Of a DNA stretch of 50,696 nucleotides, positions 35,545-45,700 are shown piece by piece (position 1 is the stretch's first letter; the number at the start of each line of letters is the position of its first letter). Both the position numbers and the translations under genes were made by a program. The stretch is from Gemmatimonadaceae bacterium (GTDB lineage: Bacteria > Gemmatimonadota > Gemmatimonadetes > Gemmatimonadales > Gemmatimonadaceae). The stretch is from positions 1-50,696 of the forward strand of contig DATFBS010000064.1 in NCBI GenBank assembly GCA_035253695.1. The letters are read 5' to 3'. The notes below the pieces were generated by a model that saw nothing but the letters and a program-made list of their open reading frames with translations, made no database searches and was not told the origin of the DNA.

Positions 35545-35738
35545 GGCTGGCATCAAGAAGGAGAGCAGTTTGACACGGATGACACGGATTGAACGGAAGG
35601 TGCCTGATCGCTCCTGGCCAGCGTAACTCTCCTCGCGCAATCACAAAGAGAGGAGGGATTTCAGCGCACCGAGTCGATCCCGACGCTACCGTTCAATCCG
35701 TGTCATCCGTGTCAAACTGCTCTCCTTCTTAGATGCCC
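35545..35738. repeat. ~194-bp structured element, copy B (paralog of 31330-31546)
   Basis: The outer ~48-bp arms GGCATCAAGAAGGAGAGCAGTTTGACACGGATGACACGGATTGAACGG and their near-perfect reverse complement were read directly. The inner CTCTCCTC...GAGGAGGG hairpin is present as in copy A. Confidence 0.65.
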
Positions 35739-35742
35739 AGTC

Positions 35743-36117
35743 TTATTCCGGAACCGGAAAGAACAGCTCATTGCCGTCGGGATCGTCGATCTGGAGCGTG
35801 TCGTACCCCCACCAGGTCTCCTTGGTGGGAACAGAGCGCTCGACGAGCTCACGACGAAGATCGGTGAGCCCCTCGGCGGTCAGCTCGATGAACAGACGCG
35901 CTTTGTCTCGACGCGTAGCATCCTGGCAGAGGATGATCTCGCACTCTCCATGATTGACCTGACAGACCGTCCCTGCGCCGTCGCCTTCATGCCAACCCTT
36001 CTCGAAGCCGAGCATGTCGACGTAGAAACGAATTGCGCGGTTCACGTCGGCAACGAAGAACACCGGGCGCGTGTACCACCGATGAACGGTCTGGCTTTCC
36101 ATGGGTTGCTCCGTCAT
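35743..36117 (-). CDS. VOC/glyoxalase-bleomycin resistance family protein
   Basis: Single βαβββ VOC module pattern (FFVADVNRAIRFYVDMLGF...DPDGNELFF). Confidence 0.7.
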   Translation of the reverse strand: MTEQPMESQTVHRWYTRPVFFVADVNRAIRFYVDMLGFEKGWHEGDGAGTVCQVNHGECEIILCQDATRRDKARLFIELTAEGLTDLRRELVERSVPTKETWWGYDTLQIDDPDGNELFFPVPE

Positions 36118-36125
36118 TCGGCGGA

Positions 36126-37817
36126 TCAGCGACTCCGCTCCGGACGCGGAACCTCCTTCCTCGGCGATAATGGCGTATCCGCCGGCGCCACGACGCCGTT
36201 CTCGTCATGGGAATTCCCATCACCGACGAGCGCCGACGGCGTGACGTCCGCATCGGCGGCTCGCGTCTCACCGGCGATCTTTCCCAGATACGTCGGCAGC
36301 TCGACCCCGGCAATCTCCCGGAGCACGTGCATCATCGGGGGCAGGGTGTTCGCCATGCTCTGGAGGAAGCCGGAGGTCGCCCCGTTAGGCCCGCCGCCAT
36401 CCCATACCACCACCTTGTCGAACTTGATGTTCGAGATCGCCTTCGCGGACGTCTCCGCCAGCGTGTCGAGATGCTCGACCATCATCAGCTGGAATGCTTC
36501 CTTCGCTCCGCCCGCGGCGACGACCAGCTCCTTCATCGCCTCCGCCTTCTTCGACATGATCTCGTACTGGCCGCGCGCTTCCGCCTCGAGCTTCATGTAG
36601 ATCGCCGCCGCTTCCGCCTCGGCCTCGATGCGCCGACGCTGCGCCTCGGCCTCCGCCTCGACGATCGTCCTCGCCTTTTCCGCCTTCGCCGGCGCCTCGA
36701 GCTCGGCGCGACGAACCGCTTCCACACGCTCCGCATCGGCAAGCGCGGCCCGCGCCATTGCGCGGTTCTGCGCTTCCTGCACCGACGCTTCCGCCTCGCG
36801 CTTCCGCGTCTCCGCCAGCTGATACGCCTCGGCTTCGCGGACCTGGAGCGACGCGCGTGTGGACGCGATGAGCGCCATCGATTCCGCTTCGCCTGCCACG
36901 GCCTTTGCCTCCGCGCTCGCGACAGCGATACGCTTCTCCTGCTCGGCGTCCTTGACCGCGGCGTCTCGCAGGAATGCGGCGCGCTGTTCGCCCACCCGCT
37001 GCTCCTTCTCGAGATCGGCGATCCGCACCAGCTTCTCGCGGTCCGCCTCGCGCGTTCCGATCTCGCGCAGCTTCATCGCGTTGGCGACCTGAACCAGCCG
37101 ATCGCGCTCCGCCTCCGCCACGCGCACCTCGCCGAGCTTTTCCTGCTCGGCCACGTCACCGCGCGCCTGTTGCACGGCGGTCGCGGCGGCCTTCTTTCCG
37201 ATCGCCTCGATGTACCCGGAATCGTCCTTGAGGTCGGTGATGTTCACGTTGATCAGCACGAGGCCGATCTTGTTCAGCTCCGGCTCGAGCGACTGCTGCA
37301 CGCGGTGCAGGAACGCGTCGCGATCGCGGTTGATCTCCTCGATCTTCATCGACGCGATCACCTGACGCAGCTGGCCGAAGATGATGTCCTGCGCCTGACG
37401 CTTGATCTGGTCGTGCGTGAGGTTGAGCAGACGAATCGCCGCGTTCTGACGCACCTCCGCTTCGGTTCCGATCGCCACCGTGAACACACTCGGCACCGAC
37501 ACGCGAATGTTCTCGAACGACAGCGCATCCTTGAGCGGGATGTCGATCTGAATCGGCTCGAGCCCGAGATACGCGTACTCCTGAATCACCGGCCAGACGA
37601 ACGCGCCCCCGCCGGAGATGCACTTCGCGCTCTCGCCGCCGCCGACCTTTCCGGAAATGACGAGCACCTTGTTCGCCGGACAGCGTTTGTATCGCGAGAC
37701 GAACAGCGAGACCATGCTCATCACGAGCACGGCACCCAGGAGTACGCCGCCGATGGCGATCGTCGTCGCGCTCAGATCGGGCAGCTGAAGAGCGGGGAAG
37801 ATGTCAGCGAACGGCAT
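36126..37817 (-). CDS. flotillin-like SPFH/band-7 protein (YqiK-type)
   Basis: N-terminal TM segment, SPFH domain, and a long Ala/Glu-rich coiled coil with EA repeats (AEAEAQRRRIEAEAEAAA). Confidence 0.85.
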   Translation of the reverse strand: MPFADIFPALQLPDLSATTIAIGGVLLGAVLVMSMVSLFVSRYKRCPANKVLVISGKVGGGESAKCISGGGAFVWPVIQEYAYLGLEPIQIDIPLKDALSFENIRVSVPSVFTVAIGTEAEVRQNAAIRLLNLTHDQIKRQAQDIIFGQLRQVIASMKIEEINRDRDAFLHRVQQSLEPELNKIGLVLINVNITDLKDDSGYIEAIGKKAAATAVQQARGDVAEQEKLGEVRVAEAERDRLVQVANAMKLREIGTREADREKLVRIADLEKEQRVGEQRAAFLRDAAVKDAEQEKRIAVASAEAKAVAGEAESMALIASTRASLQVREAEAYQLAETRKREAEASVQEAQNRAMARAALADAERVEAVRRAELEAPAKAEKARTIVEAEAEAQRRRIEAEAEAAAIYMKLEAEARGQYEIMSKKAEAMKELVVAAGGAKEAFQLMMVEHLDTLAETSAKAISNIKFDKVVVWDGGGPNGATSGFLQSMANTLPPMMHVLREIAGVELPTYLGKIAGETRAADADVTPSALVGDGNSHDENGVVAPADTPLSPRKEVPRPERSR

Positions 37818-38412
37818 CGGTCAGCTCCTTCCTGGTGGGGTCGGCGACGACGTGGACCGTGTTGGGGCCGACGACATCGACGACCATGATCGACGCGCCC
37901 GTCGGAAGCGGCGCGTCCGAGGTGATTGCCTGGTACTCGACGATCCGGTTCTGGAGCTTCAGCATCACTTTCCCCGATCCCTTTCGCTCGCCCGGGATCG
38001 TGAGGTACACGGTGCCGGTGGCCCCAACGGCGCCGTGAATCGACACCGTGCCGTCGTCCTCGAAGCCCAGCATCCAGCGCATCGCGACGGCGGTGCCGAA
38101 CATCGCCGCGACCCCGGCGATGAGCGCGAGCGGAATCGCCGCCCACAGACCGAGCGGTGTCGCCAATCCCGTCAGCCCGCCCAGCCCGAAGAACGCGACG
38201 CCCGCCGACAGGGCTCGAACGCTCAGCAGATCGAGCCCCTCGTGCGCCGTATGCATGCCCGCGAGGCCATGCCCCTCGCCCGCGTCCACATCGCCCCCGG
38301 CATCGATGACGCCGAGGAGGCCGAGGAGTAGCTGGACGACGAGGACGCCGCCTCCGAGGGCGGCGCATACGACGAAAAAGGTGGTCATGCGAAAGTGTGG
38401 CGGGGGAGTCAT
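37804..38412 (-). CDS. NfeD-like membrane protein (YqiJ-type flotillin partner)
   Basis: Multi-TM N-terminus and a C-terminal OB-fold-like region (GTVYLTIPGERKGSGKVMLKLQNRIVEYQAITSD). It overlaps the flotillin start by 14 nt, which is the classic nfeD-flotillin operon arrangement. Confidence 0.7.
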   Translation of the reverse strand: MTPPPHFRMTTFFVVCAALGGGVLVVQLLLGLLGVIDAGGDVDAGEGHGLAGMHTAHEGLDLLSVRALSAGVAFFGLGGLTGLATPLGLWAAIPLALIAGVAAMFGTAVAMRWMLGFEDDGTVSIHGAVGATGTVYLTIPGERKGSGKVMLKLQNRIVEYQAITSDAPLPTGASIMVVDVVGPNTVHVVADPTRKELTDAVR

Positions 38413-38487
38413 ACAGATACTGCTTTGTCGCCACTTTCGCCAGAGGAAAAGATGCCGATGCGGCGCTAGTTATGCGCGTCGATACGG

Positions 38488-38590
38488 GTCCTGCGAGGGA
38501 GGAATGAGGACCGAGGAGTGAGGAATTCGATCGGGCGAGACCGAGGTCATCAGACTTCCTCACTCCTCACTTCTCATTCCTCCATACCTC
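38488..38590. repeat. palindrome of GAGGAATGAGG/GAGGAGTGAGG units (~28-bp arms), third member of the GAGGAAYGAGG family
   Basis: 38488-38515 is approximately the reverse complement of 38563-38590. It sits between the 3' end of gene 38599-39483 and the nfeD start. Confidence 0.6.
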
Positions 38591-38598
38591 TCCCGGCG

Positions 38599-39483
38599 CT
38601 ACCGAAGATGTTGGACCGAGACTGGATCTCTTCGCTTCACGCCGAACCGGGAGGCGAAGTCGCCCTGATTGATCGAGAGCGAGAGCACACCTCGCGAGTG
38701 CATCACGGCGAGGGCCTGGCCGGTAGGCACATCGCTGAACGTGCTGCGCCAGGGGAGACGTAAGGTGCGGGAGCCGACCCGCACCTCGAGCGAGTCTCCG
38801 ACCTTCGCGCCGAGCGAATCGAGCAGCGCTGCCCGAATGTCGGTTACCACGTTGCCGTACGGGTCTTCGACATACCGCACTGCTCCTTCGATGCGTCCTC
38901 CGCTCAGACGCGGGGGTCGGACATCGAGCATCACCGGGGTGATCGGTGGGCCGAGCGAGTCGAGCGGGGTCCCGGCCGCGAGGTGGGCGGCCACGGGCGC
39001 GAAGATGTCGCGGCCGTGAAAGGTGAACGACGGCTGCTCGGCGCGGAAATACCGTGTGTTGCGCAGCTCGACGGCGCGCTCGACCCCCTCGGTCTGCATA
39101 ACGAGAGTGAAGACGCCATTGTCCGGACCGACGAGGCGATGCCCCCGCTTCGTGAGGACGGCGATGGCCTTCCGCTCGCTCCCGACGCCCGGGTCGACGA
39201 CGGCGACGGCGACGGTGCCTTCGGGATAGAACGGCAGTGCCTGCTCGAGCACCTCGCCCGCAATCTCGATGTCGTACGGCGGAACGTCGTGCGTGAGATC
39301 GACGATCCGCATGTTGGGCGCGATGCCCAGCATCACCCCCTTGCAGGCCGCGACAGCACCGTCCTTGACGCCGAAGTCGGTCAGAAAGAGCACGGTGGCC
39401 GGCTCGCGCGGCGGAGTCTCTCGTGCACACGCTACCGCGGCACCAAGCGCCAGAACCACCAGCGTCCGCACCGCTCGTCTCAA
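38599..39483 (-). CDS. SAM hydroxide adenosyltransferase family protein (DUF62; fluorinase/chlorinase-like fold), secreted
   Basis: Conserved DFG (LFLTDFGVKD), VVDPGVG and C-terminal β-barrel region typical of DUF62. N-terminal signal peptide. Confidence 0.65.
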   Translation of the reverse strand: MRRAVRTLVVLALGAAVACARETPPREPATVLFLTDFGVKDGAVAACKGVMLGIAPNMRIVDLTHDVPPYDIEIAGEVLEQALPFYPEGTVAVAVVDPGVGSERKAIAVLTKRGHRLVGPDNGVFTLVMQTEGVERAVELRNTRYFRAEQPSFTFHGRDIFAPVAAHLAAGTPLDSLGPPITPVMLDVRPPRLSGGRIEGAVRYVEDPYGNVVTDIRAALLDSLGAKVGDSLEVRVGSRTLRLPWRSTFSDVPTGQALAVMHSRGVLSLSINQGDFASRFGVKRRDPVSVQHLR

Positions 39484-39872
39484 GGCGTGCCTGTGCGCAT
39501 CTCCTCGAGCGCGAGCTGCATGTACATGAACGCGGCGGCCTCATCGGACATCGGCTGCTGGCGGAAGGAATCCAGCCACGCCGTGATCCGCGCATCGGAG
39601 GGCGCAAGTGCCTGCTCGAGCTCGGCGCGCTCGGCGGGAGTGGCGCGATCCACCGCGGCGTTGCGGTCGACGTCATCGCCAATACCCCAGCGCTCGGCAA
39701 GCGGCACGAGATGCCGCAGATCCTCAGGGACATTGTTCGTGTTGAGCTTCTGCGACGCGACGGTACTGCCTGACGGCTCCCGCCGTGCCTCGTCGGAGGT
39801 CGAGCCGCATCCGAGGAGCAGAATGAACGCCATGACGTGTGGCGCGATACGAACGTCAGGAGCAGAGATCAT
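39480..39872 (-). CDS. hypothetical lipoprotein
   Basis: Probable start MAFILLLGCGS (lipobox). Its stop overlaps the downstream gene start by 4 nt. Confidence 0.4.
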   Translation of the reverse strand: MISAPDVRIAPHVMAFILLLGCGSTSDEARREPSGSTVASQKLNTNNVPEDLRHLVPLAERWGIGDDVDRNAAVDRATPAERAELEQALAPSDARITAWLDSFRQQPMSDEAAAFMYMQLALEEMRTGTP

Positions 39873-39917
39873 CGGATGGCGCCTCTCCCTATCGCGCCGG
39901 AAAAGCAGGTAATCGAC

Positions 39918-40316
39918 TTAGACGTCGGCGACAACTGCGTCCGCTTCGATCTCGACCAGCCACTCGGGATCGATGAAGCGCGCCACCTGCATGATGGTGT
40001 TCGCCGGCCGAATGTCGCGGAAGACCTCTCCGTGCGCACGCGCGACGGCCTCCCAATCCTGGATTCGGGTGAGCAGAATGCGGGTGCGAACGACGTCCGA
40101 GAGCGACGCGCCCGCCGACTCGAGTGCCCGCTGGATGATCTCGAGACACCGACGCGCCTGCGCACCGGCATCACCAACACCGACCGTCCGTCCATCCGGG
40201 CCTAACGGCGCGGTTCCCGAGACCACGAGGAGGGGCCCGGCGCGAACCGCGCGGGAGATGCCCACGCGCGGTTCGTAAGGGCTGCCTGACGAGACCAGCT
40301 GGTGATGGACCGCCAC
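39918..40316 (-). CDS. RidA/YjgF family protein
   Basis: 132 aa. Pattern S.AV.AG.L.VSG....G..........Q....L.NI...L..AG.....VVK..V.L. Confidence 0.75.
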   Translation of the reverse strand: MAVHHQLVSSGSPYEPRVGISRAVRAGPLLVVSGTAPLGPDGRTVGVGDAGAQARRCLEIIQRALESAGASLSDVVRTRILLTRIQDWEAVARAHGEVFRDIRPANTIMQVARFIDPEWLVEIEADAVVADV

Positions 40317-40337
40317 GGTGTTCCCGCCGACGCGGCC

Positions 40338-41033
40338 TTACGGAGCGGTCCGCTCACGCGCGGCAGGAAACGCGGCCGCAGGGTAGGGGCCAATCTTGTC
40401 GACGGTGTACGCACTCGCCCAGAAGTCCGGCGGCCCTTCGCTGTCGGCGACGCGGTTGCTCACCGGTTTCACGCCGCGCTTGAGATACGCGGCGACGTCG
40501 CGCAGGTCCTGGTCGGACATGTGTCGGAACGCCGGCCATGGCATGGGCACGGCAAGATACTTTGGATGTGCCGGAAAGTTGCCCTGGCCCGGAGTGGTCG
40601 ACGTGATGTCGACGTCCGGCGTCTCACCGGGGCGCAAGCCGTATCGCAACGCGTTGAAGATCTGGCGCTCGCTGAACCGGCCGAGCCCCGTCATGTTGTC
40701 AGGGGTGAGATTGCGCGGCCGCGTCCTGAAGGGCCCGATCTTGAATTCCTGCGAGGTGTCTCGCGCCCCGACGAGCCAGCCATCCGCGTTCGGATTCGAG
40801 CCGCCGCCATGGCAGTCTCCGCACGCGTGGTGAATCACCAGCGTCCGTCCGCGCATCACCTGCTCATCCGCCGCCAGGCTCGCCGATGCGTCGTCCACGC
40901 CAAGACTCACGAAGAAGGAGCCAGCGAGAGCCGCGACGACGACAAGACCCAGCACCACCGGGGCCGACCTGCTTCGTGTGCGCTGCGATCCCACGATATC
41001 CTCCTTGCGATAGATGAGGCGTATCCCCTTCAT
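40338..41033 (-). CDS. membrane-anchored mono-haem cytochrome c
   Basis: Start MKGIRLIYRK (ATG 41033). One TM/signal segment. CGDCH haem-binding motif. The ORF-track extension to 41534 overlaps the multicopper oxidase gene. Confidence 0.65.
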   Translation of the reverse strand: MKGIRLIYRKEDIVGSQRTRSRSAPVVLGLVVVAALAGSFFVSLGVDDASASLAADEQVMRGRTLVIHHACGDCHGGGSNPNADGWLVGARDTSQEFKIGPFRTRPRNLTPDNMTGLGRFSERQIFNALRYGLRPGETPDVDITSTTPGQGNFPAHPKYLAVPMPWPAFRHMSDQDLRDVAAYLKRGVKPVSNRVADSEGPPDFWASAYTVDKIGPYPAAAFPAARERTAP

Positions 41034-42436
41034 GGCGAGCGCGTCGCGCTGCGCGCGTCGGCGTTTCGCTCTTCGATCACTTCGAGAATCCCCATCATCC
41101 CGTGATCCTCGTGGTCGAGGATGTGGCAGTGGAACATCCACTTGCCCGGGAAGTTGGCGTACCGGACGATGAACCGCGCCGATCCGTGCTTCGGCACGTT
41201 CACCACATCCTTCCAGGCGCGGAACCGCTCTGGCACCCCGTTGCGATCGAGCACCTGGAACTGGAAGCCATGCAGGTGGAAGGGATGGTCCATTCCGACG
41301 AGGTTCTCGATCTCCCAGATCTCGGTGGCGCCCAGCTTCGCGGCGACGTCCACGCGGCTGTGATCCATCATCTGACCGTTGATCATCCCCTGCGTGAGCA
41401 CCATGAGCCGCGTGGCGGTCGACTGCGTGGTGTCCAGCGCCGGCACTGGACGCAGCACGGCAGGCAACGGTGCGGCGCTGATCGGCCGTCGCTTCGTGTA
41501 TTGCAGTGTGAGCAGGTCGCGGGTGCGATTCCACGTCTGCGGGCGCGTCTGCGGGACGTAGCGATCGTAGGGAAGGGCCTGCAGGGGAACACGGTCTCCC
41601 GGCGCACCGGTTCCCCGTATCAGCAGCTCGACGCGCTCCGCGTTCGCGACGAGAATCTCATCGACTTCGACCGGATGCTCGAAGAGCCCGCCATCGCTGC
41701 CGACATGCAGCAGCGTGTGGCCGGGCAGTGAAAGCCGGTACACCCGGGCAGCCGACGCATTGATCACGCGCCACCGCTGCATTTCTCCAGCGCGGATGCT
41801 GATCGTCGGCATCACCGTGCCATTCACGAAAACGATGTCGCCTTCGCGGCCGTTCTCCCGGTCGACGATGCCCGCCGTCGAGAGCGACGCCGGCAGATCG
41901 ATCGAGTTGTCGGCCGCGAATCGGTTGTCGGAGATGACGATCAGCTTTTCGGGGAGCCCGCGGAGTGGATCGTCGGCCGCCCGGACGATGACGGCGCCGT
42001 AGAGTCCTTTCGCGATCTGATAGCCCGTCCGGTGATGCGGGTGGGGATGATACCAGTACGTGCCAGCCGTCCCCGGCCGAATGGTGAAGACGTAATCGTA
42101 CGTTTCCCCGGGGGCGACCGGATGAAATGGGCTTCCGTCCGACGTGAACGGCAGATGCAGGCCGTGCCAGTGAATGGTCGTCGGCTCAGGGAGCTTGTTT
42201 CGAAAGTGGACCGTCACCCGGTCTCCTTCGCGGAACTCCAGCGTAGGCCCGGGGAATTGCCCGTTGTAGGCGAACATCTCGGTCGGCGCGCCCGGCGCGA
42301 GCGACAACCGTGTGGGCGCGGCGGTGAGCGTTACCTCCACCCGCCGCTGCGAGAGAGCGGGCATCGCCCACATCGCCGTGAGGCCAACGAGCACCAACCC
42401 GCGGCGGAGCGTCGTCGCTCGGCGGTTGATCGACAT
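41030..42436 (-). CDS. multicopper oxidase (laccase/CueO-like), probable Tat substrate
   Basis: Copper-binding motifs HWHGLH, WYHPHPH, HPFHLHG and HCHILDHEDHGMM. Tat-like RRATTLRRG N-terminus. It overlaps the cytochrome c start by 4 nt. Confidence 0.8.
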   Translation of the reverse strand: MSINRRATTLRRGLVLVGLTAMWAMPALSQRRVEVTLTAAPTRLSLAPGAPTEMFAYNGQFPGPTLEFREGDRVTVHFRNKLPEPTTIHWHGLHLPFTSDGSPFHPVAPGETYDYVFTIRPGTAGTYWYHPHPHHRTGYQIAKGLYGAVIVRAADDPLRGLPEKLIVISDNRFAADNSIDLPASLSTAGIVDRENGREGDIVFVNGTVMPTISIRAGEMQRWRVINASAARVYRLSLPGHTLLHVGSDGGLFEHPVEVDEILVANAERVELLIRGTGAPGDRVPLQALPYDRYVPQTRPQTWNRTRDLLTLQYTKRRPISAAPLPAVLRPVPALDTTQSTATRLMVLTQGMINGQMMDHSRVDVAAKLGATEIWEIENLVGMDHPFHLHGFQFQVLDRNGVPERFRAWKDVVNVPKHGSARFIVRYANFPGKWMFHCHILDHEDHGMMGILEVIEERNADARSATRSP

Positions 42437-42759
42437 GGTGGGATCTCGGAGAGAGCCGCCGGGCGAAATTCCCGCGCGACTCGTCAGGCAGCGTCAGCGC
42501 AACCGTCGGCGCACCGTTGCGCCGGCGCGCAAAAATGCCTCGTCCAGGCGATTTCGGAAAGACCCGACCTTACCGGAGGGGGTGCTCGCCTGTTTCCAGC
42601 GGGTATCGGCCGACGCAGAGTTGCGGCCGGCGCCGCGGCCGGTAGCTTAGCAGCACCTGCGCGGGCATTCGCGCAAGTCTCCTGGAAGTCCTCCCGGCGG
42701 TGACCTTTCCCCGTCAGAGGAGGCGTACGCAGCAAGCCCGTTCTCGCCACGAGGTGCCC

Positions 42760-45700
42760 ATGGGTACGCGCAGTCTGATTCGCGCGGTCGTGCTGACCGC
42801 ATCGTTGGGGACGCTCGCCAGCATCGCTGGCGCACAGGAACAGCAGGCGACGATCACCGGCCGAGTCACCGATGCCAGCACCGGCGAGCCGATCGCCTCG
42901 GCGCAGGTGAGCGTGGTCGGGACGGCGATCGGTGCCGCGACGAACAGCGAAGGTCGCTACACGATCCGAGGTGTTCGCGCCGGAGTCGTAGAGCTGCGCG
43001 TGCTGCGCGTGGGCTACGCGGAACGGAAGCAATCCGTCACCGTGGCCGCGGGCCAGGCGACCACGGCCGACTTCGCGATGACGGTCGCGCCGATCTCCCT
43101 CGCGCCGGTCGTCACGACCGCCACCGGCGAGCAGCGACGTGTCGAGCTCGGCAACTCGATTGGGAACGTCGATGCGGCGAAGCTCACGGAAGAGAAGCCG
43201 ATATCGAACATCGGCGACCTCCTGGCCTCACGCGTCTCCGGAGTGACGGTGACCCCCGGCGTGCAAACGGGCGCCGGTATCCGCATCCGCATTCGCGGAA
43301 CGAGCTCGCTCTCACTCACCAACAATCCCATCTACGTCATCGATGGGATCCGCGTCGAAGGCACCACCGGCGCGTCGTCGGTGAGCGTGGGCGGGACGAC
43401 GACGAGTCGCGTCGGCGACATCAACCCGGAAGAGATCGAGTCGATCGAGATCGTCAAAGGCCCCTCGGCGGCGACGTTGTACGGCACGGACGCGGCGAAC
43501 GGCGTGGTCGTGATTCGCACCAAGCGCGGCGTCTCCGGTCGCGCCCAATGGACGTACTACACCGAGCAGACGGCGATTACCGATCGCAGCGACTACCCGA
43601 CCGCGTATCGCGCGTGGCGGACCGGCACGACGAGCACGACGAACTCGACGCCGTCGAACACGGTGCAGTGCTTCCTGAGCCAGGTGTTGACGGCGGCATG
43701 CACGCAGGACAGCGTCACGAGCTTCAATCTGCATGAGGACGACGAGACGACTCCATACGGCATCGGCTATCGCCAGCAGCATGGCTTGCAGCTCGCCGGG
43801 GGCTCGGAGACCATTCGCTACTTCGTGCATGGCGAGTGGGAGGATGAGGATGGTGTCACCAAGCTGCCCAAGTTCGACGAGCGGTACCTGGCCGCGCGCG
43901 GCCTGTCGCTCCGGGACGAGCAGCAGGACCCCAACCATCTGCGGCGCATAACGGGTCGCGCCAACATCAGCTTCGCACCGCGCGACAACCTCGACCTCGC
44001 CGTCCACGCCGGCTACACATCGCTCGACATCCGGCTGCCGATGAGCGACGACTCCGGCACCGCGGGCATTGCGGCGAACACCTACGGAGGACCGGGCTTC
44101 AAGTACAACATGAACGCCGCCGGCGACACGCTCTATGGCTGGCGCGAGTTCACGCCTCGCGATGTGTACGAGGCGGTCACGGAGCAGAACATCGAGCGCC
44201 TCATCAGCTCGGTGTCGGCCAACTGGCGCCCACGCGAGTGGCTGGCCGTGCGCAGTAACTTCGGTGTCGACTACATCAACCGCGTTGATCTGCAGCTTTG
44301 CCGGTTCGGCGAGTGCACCAACAGCACCGACCGCGCCGGGTTCAAGGAAGACAATCGGACGAACTATTTCCTGTACACGCTCGACGCCGGTGCAACGGCG
44401 ACGCGCCAGCTGAGCGATGCGCTCGAATCACAGACGACGGCCGGGCTCCAGGTCACGCGCAACGTGTTCAATCGCAATGGTGCGCGGGGCGAGCAGCTTC
44501 CCCCGGGCGCCACGACGGTGGGCACGGGAAGCGTGATCCGGGCCGACGAAGCGACCACCGAGAGCCGGACAGTCGGAGCGTTCCTCGAGCAGCGCATGGC
44601 GTTCCGCGACCGACTCTTTGTGACGGGCGCGATCCGCTCCGATCGGAACAGCGCGTTCGGCGCCGACTTCGAGACGGTGTTCTACCCGAAATTCTCGCTC
44701 TCATGGATCCTATCGGAGGAGCCCTCCTTCCCGGCGCTGGGATGGCTCAACCAGTTCCGGTTGCGTACGGCGTACGGAGCCTCTGGCGTTCAGCCGGGCA
44801 CCACGGACGCAGTGCAGTTTTACAGCAGTACTCGCACGATTGGCGAGAGCGGGGAAGCCACGGGCGTCGCTTTCACGGCATTGGGCAACCGCGACCTCAA
44901 ACCGGAGCGATCCAACGAGTGGGAGGGCGGGTTCGACGCCAGCTTCTTCAACAGCAGGGTGAACACCGAGCTGACCTACTATCGCAAGATCTCCAAGGAT
45001 GCGCTCGTCAGCCGCACGCTTCCTCCTTCCATAGGGACGGGTGCCACGACCCGCTTCGAGAACCTGGGGGAAGTGCGCAACTCCGGGTGGGAAGCAATGA
45101 TCGATGCCCAGATCATCGACATGGATCGCTTCGGCTGGAGCCTGACGATGACCGGATCGACCAACAGCAACGAGCTCGTCAGCCTCGGGGGCGTTCCGCC
45201 GATCATCACCAGCAGCACGCTCCGTCAGGTCGAGGGCTATCCGCTCAATGGATGGTGGTCGCGGCGCCTGGTGAGCTACAACGACGCCAACCGTGACGGG
45301 ATCATCGCGCTCGGCGAGATCGTGGTCAGCGACACCGCCGAGTTTCACGGGTACTCCTCGCCCCGCCGCGAGGCGGCGTTCACCAACACGTTCAGCTTCC
45401 TGAACCGTCGGCTGCGGCTGTCCGCCTTGATGGACTACAAGGGCGGCCACCTCGTCTACAACAACAGCGAGCGCATCCGTTGCGCGAGCCGCTTCAACTG
45501 TGCCGGCCTGGTCTCTCGCAACGCATCGCTCTTCGAGCAGGCGAGGACGGTGATGGTGCGCGAGCATGCGAGCCGATCCGTCGCGGGGTTCTTCGAGAAG
45601 GGCGACTTCCTCCGCTTCCGCGAGCTCGCGCTCACCCTCACGCCATCGGATGAGTGGGCCGCGCGGCTGTTCCGCGGACGGAGCATCACCGCCACGGCCG

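Noticed and set aside
36207-37889. 560-aa plus-strand ORF, with further long antisense ORFs at 20599-21870 and 21880-23322
   Set aside because: Each lies antisense to a gene with clear motifs (flotillin, SpoIID, amidohydrolase). Compositionally biased (R/D/G/H-rich) with no motifs. High-GC frame artefacts.
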